NCBI GenBank assembly: GCA_048173955.1 | Contig: DBEYOB010000022.1 | Location: 7,048-71,047, forward strand | Direction: 5' to 3' | Source: Coriobacteriales bacterium | Lineage (GTDB): Bacteria > Actinomycetota > Coriobacteriia > Coriobacteriales > UMGS124 | DNA length: 64,000 nucleotides | Shown: positions 25,309 through 36,289 of the stretch, piece by piece | How the letters are laid out: each line of letters opens with the position of its first letter | Position numbering within the stretch: the stretch's first letter is position 1 | The notes under the pieces: generated by a model | Database searches by the model: none | The model's input: only the letters and a program-made list of their open reading frames with translations | What the model was told of the DNA's origin: nothing | Translations under genes and position numbers: made by a program

Positions 25309-26750
25309 TCACCTACGACCTCGACCGGCGTGCGCCTCACCAGCCCAAGTACGAGTATCTCTACCGCTGCATCCGCACGGACATCCGCGCGGGGACGCTG
25401 CCGCCCGGCATGCGCCTCCCCTCGAAGCGCGCGCTCGCCGAGCACCTCGCCGTGAGCGTGAGCACCATCGAGCACGCGTACGACACGCTCGCGAGCGAGG
25501 GGTACGTCGAGGCGCGCCCGGGCAGCGGGTTCTACGTCGCGGCACACCAGGAGGCGGGCTCCGCCGCTCCCGCGGACGACGAGGGGCGCTCGCCCGGGTG
25601 CGGGGAGCAGGCGGGGGAGGACCGTGCTTCCGATACGATCGACTTCAAGGCCAACTGGTGCAGCATGAGCCTGTTCCCGGCGGAGACGTGGGCGCGCATG
25701 ATGCGCAAGGTGCTCTCCGACCGCAGCCCCGAGCTGTTCGAGACGGTCCCCTTCAACGGCCTGTGCGAACTCAGGAGCGCCATTGCGGGCTACCTCTACG
25801 AGTTCAAGGGCATCAGGACGACGCCCGACAACATCGTGGTGGGCGCGGGGACCGAGTACCTCTACGGTAAGCTATTGCAGCTGTTCGGCCCCAACGCCGT
25901 CATTGCGATCGGCGACCCCGGTTACAAGAAGCTCGCCGACATCTCGCGCAACTCGGGCGTGCTGTGGGACTACATCCCGCTCGACAGCGAGGGCCCCGAC
26001 GTGCGTCGGCTCGCCGCGGGCGGCGCCGACGCGGTGCACGTCTCGCCGGCGAATATCTTCCCCACGGGCATCGTCATGACGGCGGAGCGGCGCGCCGAGA
26101 TGCTTGCGTGGCTTCACGCCCGGCCGGGCCGTTACCTCATCGAGGACGACTACGACAGCGAGCTGCGCTTTTCGGGGCGCGCCCTACCCACCCTGTTCAC
26201 GCAGGACGCCTCGGGCGGGGTCGTGTACCTCAACACGTTCTCCAAGACGCTCGTGCCGTCGTTGCGCATCTCGTACATGGTGCTGCCCGACACCCTCATG
26301 GAGCTCTACCGCAGCCAGCTCAGCTTCTATTCGTGCACGGTGTCGAGCTTCGAGCAGCTCGCGCTGGCGCGGTTCATCTCGGAGGGGCATTTCGAGCGGC
26401 ACATCAACCGCCTGCGCCGCTACTACGGCCGGCAGCGCGCCGTGGCGATCGAGGCGTTCGAGACGTCGCCCCTCGCCTCCGTTGCCGAGGTGAAGGCACC
26501 CGACGTGGGCACCCACCTGCTTCTTGCGGTGCGCACGGGCATGTCGGACGACGCCGTGAAGCGCGAGGCGCGCCGCCGGGGCATGAACCTGGCGATGCTC
26601 TCGGACTATTGCGTGCACCCCGTGGCGCGCTATGCCCACAACGTGGTGGTGAACTTTGCCAGCATCGAGCCGGAGCGCCTGCAGCGCGCGGTCGACCTGC
26701 TCGCTGACGTCTTTCGGGGCGACATCGAGCGTGCGGGCCGCAGCACCTGA
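25305..26750 (+). CDS. MocR/GabR-type regulator (GntR wHTH fused to PLP-dependent aminotransferase-fold domain)
   Basis: The GTG start overlaps the kinase stop (GTGA). N-terminal YEYLYRCIRTDIRAGTLPPGMRLPSKRALAEHLAVSVSTIEHAYDTLASEGYVEARPGSGFYV is a GntR HTH. The remainder is aminotransferase fold I, including YLNTFSKTLVPSLRISYMV with the PLP lysine. Confidence 0.88.
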   Translation: MITYDLDRRAPHQPKYEYLYRCIRTDIRAGTLPPGMRLPSKRALAEHLAVSVSTIEHAYDTLASEGYVEARPGSGFYVAAHQEAGSAAPADDEGRSPGCGEQAGEDRASDTIDFKANWCSMSLFPAETWARMMRKVLSDRSPELFETVPFNGLCELRSAIAGYLYEFKGIRTTPDNIVVGAGTEYLYGKLLQLFGPNAVIAIGDPGYKKLADISRNSGVLWDYIPLDSEGPDVRRLAAGGADAVHVSPANIFPTGIVMTAERRAEMLAWLHARPGRYLIEDDYDSELRFSGRALPTLFTQDASGGVVYLNTFSKTLVPSLRISYMVLPDTLMELYRSQLSFYSCTVSSFEQLALARFISEGHFERHINRLRRYYGRQRAVAIEAFETSPLASVAEVKAPDVGTHLLLAVRTGMSDDAVKREARRRGMNLAMLSDYCVHPVARYAHNVVVNFASIEPERLQRAVDLLADVFRGDIERAGRST

Positions 26751-26886
26751 TTTGCGGCCCGCCGGCCGTGGGGTTCCCGCTGGTCGCGAGGTGCCGGTCG
26801 CACGGGGGCACCGCGGGTGCTGGCCGAGAGGGCACCCGCTGTCTGTGCGGGCGTCCGCTGGCTGCTTGGGAATCCGCCAGCCGCGC

Positions 26887-27220
26887 GGTCGTTTTGGCGC
26901 TGAGTGCGTGTTTCTGGAAAAGTGTTGGTCATTTCGCCAGCGAGTGCATGCTGATTTGAAGGCTCTGCCAGAGCCACGAATCGCGTGCATCCTCCCTACC
27001 TGGCCATTTACGTACATGGTTCGGGAAGGGGCGGCGCGCGGTGCCGGTTTCCGCATGCACTCACTGGCTATATGACCAACAGTTTTCCCAAAGCACGCAC
27101 TCGGCGCTTATTTGACCATGCCCGCCGCCCAAACCACGCATTCGGCACCTGTTTGACCGCTCTCGCCACCCGTGTCCCATCGCCCGCCGCCCAAACCACG
27201 CACTCGGCGCCCGTTTGACC
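26887..27220. repeat. Intergenic repeat family 1, copy A: 2 forward and 4 reverse 24-bp units facing each other
   Basis: The unit is GGTCAwww-N5-6-CnGAGTGCRTG. Forward units are at 26887 and 26927 (spacer TTTCTGGAAAAGTGTT). Reverse units are at 27054-27077, 27094-27117, 27135-27158 and 27197-27220. The central segment is 103 bp. Confidence 0.8.
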
Positions 27221-27530
27221 TGCCTATCAGCCTGACTGCCTGCCGCCCGCCGGTTGCCCCTCGACATCCGACCTTATTTTATGTGCTAGCTATTAATGGC
27301 AATTCTCAGGTCGGTAACGACATTCACCGATAAGAAACAGCATCCAACAGGCCATTCTCTCCATCTTCACATCAATCGTGCGAAACCCCTCCAAAACCGA
27401 CCCGACTTTTTTGTCACGCTCCGGGGCTGCATTTCCCCGAGGCGGGGACGTACCGTTGTGCGCAGCGTTATCGACCGCGCCGCGCGCCGTTGCGGTCCCC
27501 CCGTTGCGGCCCCAAGAGAAAGGTCTGGCC

Positions 27531-29015
<1,485 letters not shown>

Positions 29016-29205
29016 ACGCCGAGCTCGCCGCGGCGGCATCGGCGCGGCATAGCAAGGTTCAGGGGGAGGCGGCCCCATGTCCCCCATGCGAGGCCCCGTC
29101 GGTACGGCGACGTCCTGTCGCTTGGCCGGCGGGGCCTTGTTTGGTGGCTGCTTTCTGAGTTAGCGGCGTTTTTGGGGCTCATTCGTTCTGTTTTAGCGGC
29201 ATATG

Positions 29206-29847
29206 TTATCCGGCGCGATACACGAGCACCGTCTCCCGTGGGTCGCCACCGCCGAACAGGTCGCGGCAGTCGATGCGTGCGTCGGGGTCGGCCGCGAGCC
29301 AGGGCGTCTGAGCTAGCAGGTCGAGGTAGGCGTCGTCGGGGTAGTAGAGGAGCACGGCCGCCGTGCGCGGGGCGTCCGCAAGCGAGCGGCGGATGCGCTC
29401 GAGCACCTGCGCGAACACCTCGACCGAAAACGGGTTGAAGAAGTAGAAGCGGTCCGCTTCCTGCGGTGGGTCGTACGCTGCGGCGTCGGCGAGCTCGAAC
29501 GCGACGCGGTCTGCGGCGTAGGGCCCCTGCAGGAAGGGCGCCGCGCGGCGGTTGCGCCGCGCCGCCTCGAGCAGCAGCGGGTCGCGCTCGACGCCGACAC
29601 TGCGACAGCGTGCCTGGTAGGCAAGGTAGAGCCCCACCCGCCCCTTGCCGCACCCGTAGTCCACGAGCAGGTTGCGCTTGCCCGCCAGGCCGCTGTTGGC
29701 CAGCCGCTCGAGCACCGCGTAGGGCGTGGGCTCGTAGGGGTTGCTGTCCTGGGTGGCGTGCGACTCGTCGCGCCCGGTGGTGCGGATGCCGAGCAGCGCG
29801 TCCATGCGCAGCTCGAAGGCCTCGGTCGTGTCGGTGCGCGGGGGCAT
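29206..29847 (-). CDS. Class I SAM-dependent methyltransferase
   Basis: SAM motif I is LLVDYGCGKGRVGLYLA, and post-I is VGVERD. The start at 29847 (MPPRTD) is uncertain because longer in-frame extensions run into the MITE-like element. Confidence 0.7.
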   Translation of the reverse strand: MPPRTDTTEAFELRMDALLGIRTTGRDESHATQDSNPYEPTPYAVLERLANSGLAGKRNLLVDYGCGKGRVGLYLAYQARCRSVGVERDPLLLEAARRNRRAAPFLQGPYAADRVAFELADAAAYDPPQEADRFYFFNPFSVEVFAQVLERIRRSLADAPRTAAVLLYYPDDAYLDLLAQTPWLAADPDARIDCRDLFGGGDPRETVLVYRAG

Positions 29848-29957
29848 GGCGGGTCCTGTTCTCGACGGTTTGGGTGCGCTGCCGGTTCGCGGGCAAGCAT
29901 AGCATGCCGCTGCGGCGCGGACGCTCCGCATGCTGTCGGCGCCCCGTCCCGGAACGG

Positions 29958-30079
29958 CTGTGCGGGCTGACACGTGTCTCATTTTCGGAAAACCCTCAAG
30001 TAGGCAGATGGGCGACCAGGCATTTTCCGCCAAACCCTCAACCCACTTGACGATAATCAATCGTAGTCAGCCCGCACAG
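29958..30079. mobile_element. MITE-like element, family 3, copy 2 (122 bp, perfect 14-bp TIR)
   Basis: CTGTGCGGGCTGAC at 29958-29971 and GTCAGCCCGCACAG at 30066-30079 are exact reverse complements. The 5' 45 bp align with 4720-4765. It sits in the divergent promoter region between the methyltransferase and the ABC transporter. Confidence 0.65.
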
Positions 30080-30339
30080 CCGAAATTACCCCGCCCCGCT
30101 GCCCGCAGCCGGCCCGCCCCGCTGCCCGCCCGCGGCCTCCCTTACACAACTGCAAGCCGCCGGCAAGCTCCTTCGATGGCACGCCGCGCCCCGTACGGGC
30201 ATTCTGGTAGGCGTACGATGGCATCCGTTTGGCGCCCGCCCGGCCGTCTGGACCGCCCGTCTGGCCGTCCGGACCGCCGGACTCGTCCGTCCGGGGCGCG
30301 AGGCAGGTGCGGGGCCTGCGATACGAAGGGAGACCGCCC

Positions 30340-31107
30340 ATGGCTGCGGTTCTGGAGGTCAAGAACGTCGAGAAGGTCTACGGGGGCCGCGGGTCGTCGA
30401 CCCGGGCGCTCGCGGGGGTGTCGTTTTCGGTCGAGAAGGGCGACTACGTGGGCATCATGGGCGCGTCGGGCTCCGGCAAGACCACGCTGCTCAACTGCAT
30501 CGCCACCATCGACGTCCCCACGAGCGGCGCGGTGCTCATCAACGGGCAGGACGTCACGCGCATGTCGCCCCGCCAGCTCTCCGACTTCCGCCGAGAGCAG
30601 CTCGGCTTCGTGTTCCAGGACGCCAACCTGCTCGACACGCTCACGGCGCGCGAGAACATCGCCCTGCCGCTCACCATCGGCCGCGTCGCGCCCAGGCAGA
30701 TCCGTGAGCGCGTCGAGGGCATGGCGGCCATGCTCGGCATCGAGGCTGTGCTCGACAAGTATCCCTACCAGATGTCGGGCGGCCAGCGCCAGCGCGTGGC
30801 GGCGGCGCGCGCCATGGTGGGCGACCCCAAGCTCGTGCTCGCCGACGAGCCCACCGGCGCGCTCGACTCCAAGAACGCCAAGCTTTTGCTCGAGTGCTTC
30901 GACATGCTCAACGAGCGCCTCGGCGCCACCATCCTCATGGTGACGCACGACTCGTTTGCCGCGAGCTACTGCAAGCGGGTCGTGTTCATCCGCGACGGCA
31001 AGGTGTTTACCGAGGTCGTGCGCGGGGCCGCCACGCGCAGGCAGTTCTTCGACCGCATCATGGAGGTCGTGGCGGTCATCGGGGGTGACCAGAGCGATGC
31101 TCGCTAA
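30340..31107 (+). CDS. ABC transporter ATP-binding protein (BceA/MacB-type)
   Basis: Walker A is GASGSGKTT, signature is QMSGGQRQRVAAARA, Walker B is LVLADEPTGALD. RBS gaaggga. Confidence 0.93.
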   Translation: MAAVLEVKNVEKVYGGRGSSTRALAGVSFSVEKGDYVGIMGASGSGKTTLLNCIATIDVPTSGAVLINGQDVTRMSPRQLSDFRREQLGFVFQDANLLDTLTARENIALPLTIGRVAPRQIRERVEGMAAMLGIEAVLDKYPYQMSGGQRQRVAAARAMVGDPKLVLADEPTGALDSKNAKLLLECFDMLNERLGATILMVTHDSFAASYCKRVVFIRDGKVFTEVVRGAATRRQFFDRIMEVVAVIGGDQSDAR

Positions 31108-33265
31108 ACTCGCCCTCGGCAACGTCCGCAAGTCGGCGCGCGACTATGCGGTGTACTTCGTGACCATCGTGCTCGGCGTCGCGGTGTTCTACGCGTTCAA
31201 CACGATTTCCGACCAGGCCGACTTCTTGAGCGGCTCGGCCGGCGACCTGCTCGAGGCGCTCGGCGGCATCATGCTCGGGCTCACGGTGTTCTTGGCGCTC
31301 GTCCTGGGCTTCCTCATGGTGTACGCCAACAACTACCTCGTGCGCCGGCGCAAGCGCGAGCTCGGCCTGTACCAGGTGCTCGGCATGCGGCGGGGCCAGG
31401 TCTCGGCCGTGCTTGCGCTTGAGACGCTCGTCGCCTCGGCGGCGTCGTTCGTGGCGGGTATCGTGCTCGGCGTCCTGCTCTCGCAGTTGCTCGTGTTCGT
31501 GACGGCGGCGCTGTTCCAGAGCCGCGTGGACTACTTCACGTTCCGCTTCTCGCCCTACGCGTTCTTCCTCACCCTGGGGTGCTTCGCCGTGATGTTCGCG
31601 GTGATGCTCCTGTTCAACCTGCGCGCCATCCGCAAGGTGCGCCTCGTGGAGCTCATGGAGAGCGAGCGGGTGAACGAGGACATCAAGGTGCGCAGCCTGC
31701 CGCTCGCCGTGGCGCTGTTCCTCGCGGGTGCCGCGCTCATCGCCGCCGCCTACGTGCGCCTGCTGCGCGACGGTCTGCCCATCTACGGCACCGAGAACGG
31801 CGAGGGCGTGCAGTTCGCCATCACCACCGTCATGGTCGTGGTGGGCACCCTGCTGTTCTTCTACGCGCTCTCGGGCTTTCTGCTGTCGCTCGTGCGCCGC
31901 GCGGGCTCGGTGTACTGGAGCGGGCTCAACATGTTCACGCTGCGCCAGCTCAACGCCAAGATCAACACCGCGTCGGTCTCGATGGCGGTCATCTCGCTCA
32001 TCCTGTTCCTCGCCATCACGAGCGTGACGGGCGGCATGAGCATCTGCAACACGATGAACCGCATGCTCGACCAGCATACCCCCTACGACGCCTCGCTGAG
32101 CGTGGTGCACTTCGGCGAGGAGGGGCTCAACTCGCTGCCCATGGGTGCCGACGGCGAGCCGGCCGAGGGCTACACGGTGGCGCAGGAGGAGCACGACGTG
32201 GCCGCGATGCTCGTCGACGGCGGTTACGACCTGGGCTCCATCGGCACCTACGTGCAGTCGACCCTGCGCGACGGGTCCACGGGCGACGGCGCCGAGGGGC
32301 TCGACATGATGCGCATTGCGCAGGAGACCGGTGCGGAAATTCCTTCGGCGCTGCGCAGCTCGATCGCGATGTCAGGCGACCGGACGGGCACCCTCGACGT
32401 GCTCTCGCAGAGCGACTACGCCGCCGTCCGCGCCTTCCTGGGGCTCGACCCCATCGAGATGGGGGAGGACGAGTACCTGTTCACCACCGATATCGGCGAC
32501 ACGATGGGCGCGTTCTACCGGGGTGTTGTGGATTCCGGGTACACCATCGAGATGGGCGGCCGCACCCTGACGCCGTGCGCGGAGGGCGTGGTGGGCGACC
32601 GGTCGGCGACCCTGATGAACAACCCCGCAGGCACCAACTACGGCACGGTCGTGCTGCCCGACGACATCGCTTCGCAGTTCGCGCCCTACATGACCTTCCT
32701 CAACGTGGACTACACCGTTCCGACCGAAGAGGGCGACGCCTACTTCGACGCGATGGGCGACCCTGACACCTCCGGCATCTTCGTCGAGGACGGCAAGACG
32801 TTCGCCTACATCGGGACCATCGTCACCGCCACGACCAACTACGAGTCCTCGGCCGGCATGACGGGCATCATCAGCTACATGGCCATCTACATCGGTTTTG
32901 TGCTCGTCATCTCCTGCGCCGCCATCCTCGCGATCCAGCAGCTCTCGGCGGCGAGCGACGCGCAAGGCAGCTACCGGCTGCTCTCCGAGCTCGGGTGCCC
33001 GCGGCGCCTCATGTACCGCTCGCTGCTTGTGCAGACGTGCGTCTACTTCCTGTTTCCGCTCGCGGTGGGCCTTGCCCACAGCCTCGTGGCACTGCGGGTG
33101 GTGACCGACGTGGTGGCGCTCTTCGGCAACCTCGACATCACGACCTCGGCGCTCATGACCGGAGGGCTGTTCGTGGTGGTGTACGGAGGCTATCTGCTCG
33201 TGACGTATCGGGTGGCGCGCGGCGTGATCCGTCAGGGCATGGTGGGCGCGCGGCGGGTCGAGTAA
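31097..33265 (+). CDS. BceB-type FtsX-family ABC permease with large extracytoplasmic domain
   Basis: Start is MLAKLALGNVRKSARDYAVYF, overlapping the ATPase gene by 11 bp. It has 10 predicted TM segments with a roughly 200-aa hydrophilic insert between TM7 and TM8, which is the BceB architecture. Confidence 0.85.
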   Translation: MLAKLALGNVRKSARDYAVYFVTIVLGVAVFYAFNTISDQADFLSGSAGDLLEALGGIMLGLTVFLALVLGFLMVYANNYLVRRRKRELGLYQVLGMRRGQVSAVLALETLVASAASFVAGIVLGVLLSQLLVFVTAALFQSRVDYFTFRFSPYAFFLTLGCFAVMFAVMLLFNLRAIRKVRLVELMESERVNEDIKVRSLPLAVALFLAGAALIAAAYVRLLRDGLPIYGTENGEGVQFAITTVMVVVGTLLFFYALSGFLLSLVRRAGSVYWSGLNMFTLRQLNAKINTASVSMAVISLILFLAITSVTGGMSICNTMNRMLDQHTPYDASLSVVHFGEEGLNSLPMGADGEPAEGYTVAQEEHDVAAMLVDGGYDLGSIGTYVQSTLRDGSTGDGAEGLDMMRIAQETGAEIPSALRSSIAMSGDRTGTLDVLSQSDYAAVRAFLGLDPIEMGEDEYLFTTDIGDTMGAFYRGVVDSGYTIEMGGRTLTPCAEGVVGDRSATLMNNPAGTNYGTVVLPDDIASQFAPYMTFLNVDYTVPTEEGDAYFDAMGDPDTSGIFVEDGKTFAYIGTIVTATTNYESSAGMTGIISYMAIYIGFVLVISCAAILAIQQLSAASDAQGSYRLLSELGCPRRLMYRSLLVQTCVYFLFPLAVGLAHSLVALRVVTDVVALFGNLDITTSALMTGGLFVVVYGGYLLVTYRVARGVIRQGMVGARRVE

Positions 33266-33526
33266 GGGGGTTCCGCAGTTTCGCAGGGCGCCTCTGGCTG
33301 GCACGGTGGCCGAGGGCGCCCTGCGGCTGGGAAATTCCCCGATTCGTAAACTCATTTTTTGGTTGAAAAAGTCTTTCATATTTATGGATATTTTATTACA
33401 ATACAGGTAAACACATATTGCAGAACGATATGTGTGTTTGTAACAACATGCGACGCGTCGCCAAGAGAGCAACTCAAAGTGCGGTGCCGTGCCCGGCAAC
33501 GGTTTGCCGCACAGATTGGTGGCACC

Positions 33527-34501
33527 ATGGACGCCGATTACCTTGCGCGCGTCACGTCGCTCTGCGTTCCCGCCTTCTACTTCGACTGCGTCGCCGCCGC
33601 GGCGATGCACAGCGCCGACCCGCTTGTCGCCGTGATTGCCCCGTTCTACTACGCCGGGGCGCTTCTGCTGCTCGCCTCCGCCGCGGTTCGCTGCCTGTTC
33701 GTCCGCATCGTCAGCATGCGGTTGGTTTTCGCGCTCGGCTCGGCGCTCCTCGCGCTGATCGGCGCGGCGTGCTGTTTTTGGGGGCGGCTGTGGGTCTCCC
33801 CGGTCGTGCTGTACATCCTGCTGTGGGGCATCGGGCTGCAGTTTTGCGCGAACGCGCTCGTCTGGTGCGCGGGGCTTGCGTGGACGAGATACCTCCCCGC
33901 CCTGGCTGCCATGGCCGTGTTTGCCTGCATGGGCGGTGCGCTCGGGGCGTTTCTTGCCCCGCGGATTGACTCCCTGGTCGGCCTGCAGGACTTGGTCTTC
34001 GCGGGGCTCGCCGTCGGGTCCGTGCTCGAGCTGCTGCTGAAGATGCGGCTGTGCATGGCGGCGGGCCCCGTGAAGGACGATGCGGCCTGCCCGAGTGAGG
34101 GGTCGCAGATTACGCAGGTGGCAGAGCCGCCCGCGGAACCCGTTCCGATTCCGGCCGCCGACCCGCCCCCGGCCTCCGATGCGCCGACCACGGCGCGGGA
34201 GGTTCTGGCCAAGTACGACGACATGTGCCGGTGGCTGATCGAGACGTTCCGGCTTACTAAGCGCGAGGGCGACGTCCTGTTCTTTGTCGCGCGCGGCTAC
34301 AAAGCCGCCTACTGCGCGCATGCGCTCGGCATCGCCGAGACGACGGTGCGCAGCCATATCCGCAGCATATACAGCAAGACGGGGGTCTACACGAGCGACG
34401 GGCTCATCAGCATGGTCGAGAGTTACCTGGAAGGAGAGGGCCGTCGGGCGCCTACCGAGGAGACGTCCCGTCGCCGGCAGCCAGCTCGACCGCGTCGATG
34501 A
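33527..34501 (+). CDS. Polytopic-membrane LuxR-family transcriptional regulator (short form)
   Basis: About 6 TM segments, a Pro/Ala-rich linker, then LTKREGDVLFFVARGYKAAYCAHALGIAETTVRSHIRSIYSKTGV. It is preceded by a roughly 200-bp AT-rich island. Confidence 0.75.
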   Translation: MDADYLARVTSLCVPAFYFDCVAAAAMHSADPLVAVIAPFYYAGALLLLASAAVRCLFVRIVSMRLVFALGSALLALIGAACCFWGRLWVSPVVLYILLWGIGLQFCANALVWCAGLAWTRYLPALAAMAVFACMGGALGAFLAPRIDSLVGLQDLVFAGLAVGSVLELLLKMRLCMAAGPVKDDAACPSEGSQITQVAEPPAEPVPIPAADPPPASDAPTTAREVLAKYDDMCRWLIETFRLTKREGDVLFFVARGYKAAYCAHALGIAETTVRSHIRSIYSKTGVYTSDGLISMVESYLEGEGRRAPTEETSRRRQPARPRR

Positions 34502-35945
34502 GCTCCTGCTGCGAGTGCACCTCGAGCTTGGCGTAGACGTTGCGGATGTGCGTCTTCGCCGTGCTGCGCGACACGACCATGCGCTCCTGGATGGCCTGCG
34601 CGTTGCGCCCGTGGGCGAGCAGTTCGAGCGCCTCCGTCTCGCGCGGCGTGAGGCCGCGGTCGGCCGCGATGCGCTCGACGCCGGCGGCGAGCAGGTCGGC
34701 GGGCGCGGCGACCTGGAGGGGTTCGACCGCCTCGATGGAACGGGCCGCCTCGTCGAAGTCGAAGTCCTTGGGCGAAAGCACGTTGTAGGCGACGAACAGG
34801 AAGACGATGGCGGCGAGCAGCAGCGCGAACGTGCCGGGGTCGCTGGCGAGCGCGTTGTTGGCGAGGATGCCGAGCTGCGCCCCCACGACGCTGCCGAGCG
34901 AGCTTGCCGCCGAGATGTAGAACGACAGGCACAGCGCGTTCACGGGGTTGCGCGCGCCGAGGTGCGCCACGAGCAGGAAGACGAGCATGCGCGTGAGGTC
35001 GCCCCCGGCGCGCAGCACCACGTTGGCGAGCCACGGCGTGCCTGTCACGCTCTCGATGAGCGGGTTGACGAGCAGAAACCCGGCGAGCACGCACAGCATG
35101 GTCGCCTTGTAGAAGGCGTTGAGACCGGATCGGTTCGCCACGACGAACCCCACCGCCACCACGAGGGCGGGCACGCAGGCGAGGATGGTGGAGAGCTGGT
35201 CGGTGTAGCTGCCGGCGAACGTCATGGCGAAGCCGAACGACGCCTTGAGCAGCACGATGGTGACGAACACGGCGTGGCCGAGCGGGAGGAACGACCGGGG
35301 GTTGGTGACGCGCAGGCTCGCGGTCGGCGGGGCGGCGGCGGTTCGGGCGCACACGCCGGCCGACATGCGGTACACGAGCGCGGCCTCGAGGAACGGGGTT
35401 GCAAAGAACACGACGAGCTGGGCGTTGAGGTCGAGGAGGGAGCAGGCTCCCTCGAGCACGTAGCTTGCGGCCCAGCCGGCGCACAGGCAGACGAGCAGCG
35501 CCCTGCTCCCGTGCCGTTCGAGAAGGGAGACGAGGGCGAGCATGAGGAGGCAGCCGATCCACGACTCTCCCGCGCTCCGTATGCATGCGCCCGCCGCGAG
35601 CACCGCCGGATTCTGAAGGGCGATGCCGCCCGCCGTGGCCGCCAGGCCGAGGGCGATGCATGCGAACGAGGCGAAGAGGAGCGGCAGCGGCTTGAACAGC
35701 GCGGGCCTTCGGGCGGCCAGGGCGTACAGCACGAGGTCGAACACGGCCCCGAACAGGGAGCCGGCGTCCTTCGCCTCGGAGAGGATCCCGTCGAAGAGGG
35801 GGAACAGCGCGGTGTTGAGCAGCGTCACGTTCAGCTGGTGGGCCGCGACGGCGCCGACGCACAGCCACAGGGCGGGTGCGGCGAGGGCGGCCCGGAAGAG
35901 GGGGGTCGAGGCGTCCCTATGGCCAAGCGCGGGCCCGTGATCCAT
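34452..35945 (-). CDS. Polytopic-membrane LuxR-family transcriptional regulator
   Basis: TM-rich body, then LTPRETEALELLAHGRNAQAIQERMVVSRSTAKTHIRNVYAKLEV. ATG at 35945 with RBS gagaaagg. It is divergent from reductase 36290..38332. Its 3' end overlaps 33527..34501 by 50 bp. Confidence 0.82.
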   Translation of the reverse strand: MDHGPALGHRDASTPLFRAALAAPALWLCVGAVAAHQLNVTLLNTALFPLFDGILSEAKDAGSLFGAVFDLVLYALAARRPALFKPLPLLFASFACIALGLAATAGGIALQNPAVLAAGACIRSAGESWIGCLLMLALVSLLERHGSRALLVCLCAGWAASYVLEGACSLLDLNAQLVVFFATPFLEAALVYRMSAGVCARTAAAPPTASLRVTNPRSFLPLGHAVFVTIVLLKASFGFAMTFAGSYTDQLSTILACVPALVVAVGFVVANRSGLNAFYKATMLCVLAGFLLVNPLIESVTGTPWLANVVLRAGGDLTRMLVFLLVAHLGARNPVNALCLSFYISAASSLGSVVGAQLGILANNALASDPGTFALLLAAIVFLFVAYNVLSPKDFDFDEAARSIEAVEPLQVAAPADLLAAGVERIAADRGLTPRETEALELLAHGRNAQAIQERMVVSRSTAKTHIRNVYAKLEVHSQQELIDAVELAAGDGTSPR

Positions 35946-36289
35946 GGCCGACCTTTCTCGAGGCTTTGCCCACAGTGTAACCCTGGCCCGTGCCCGGCCG
36001 GCCCGCGTGTTCCGCGATGTGGAGATACCGTGCGGCGCCGAAATGGCCGCGAAGGACGAAAGGCCTGCTCAGCGTGGTTCATCCCAGGGGGACGAGGACA
36101 ACTCCCCGCGGTCGCACCGCTGTGCCGAGCTTGCTCAAAAGCGCTGGCAGAAGGCGGTGTTGAGGTTTCATCCCGCGGGGTCGAGGGCGGTTTGCGCCCG
36201 GCGTGGCATAGTCCGCATCGTCAAGCCCGCCGCGCAGGGCGCAGGCGGCGCGAACAGCGTGCGTCACCACGACAGAAAGGGAACGCAAC

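Noticed and set aside
26985-27218. 77-aa ORF across repeat family 1 whose translation (..MTNSFPKARTRRLFD..LTAL..) resembles the start of ORF 39192..43136 (..MTNTFLESRTRACFD..LTAL..).
   Set aside because: Both lie entirely within the tandem 24-bp units, so the protein-level similarity follows from the nucleotide repeats. There is no start context, and the reading frames are interrupted in other unit copies.
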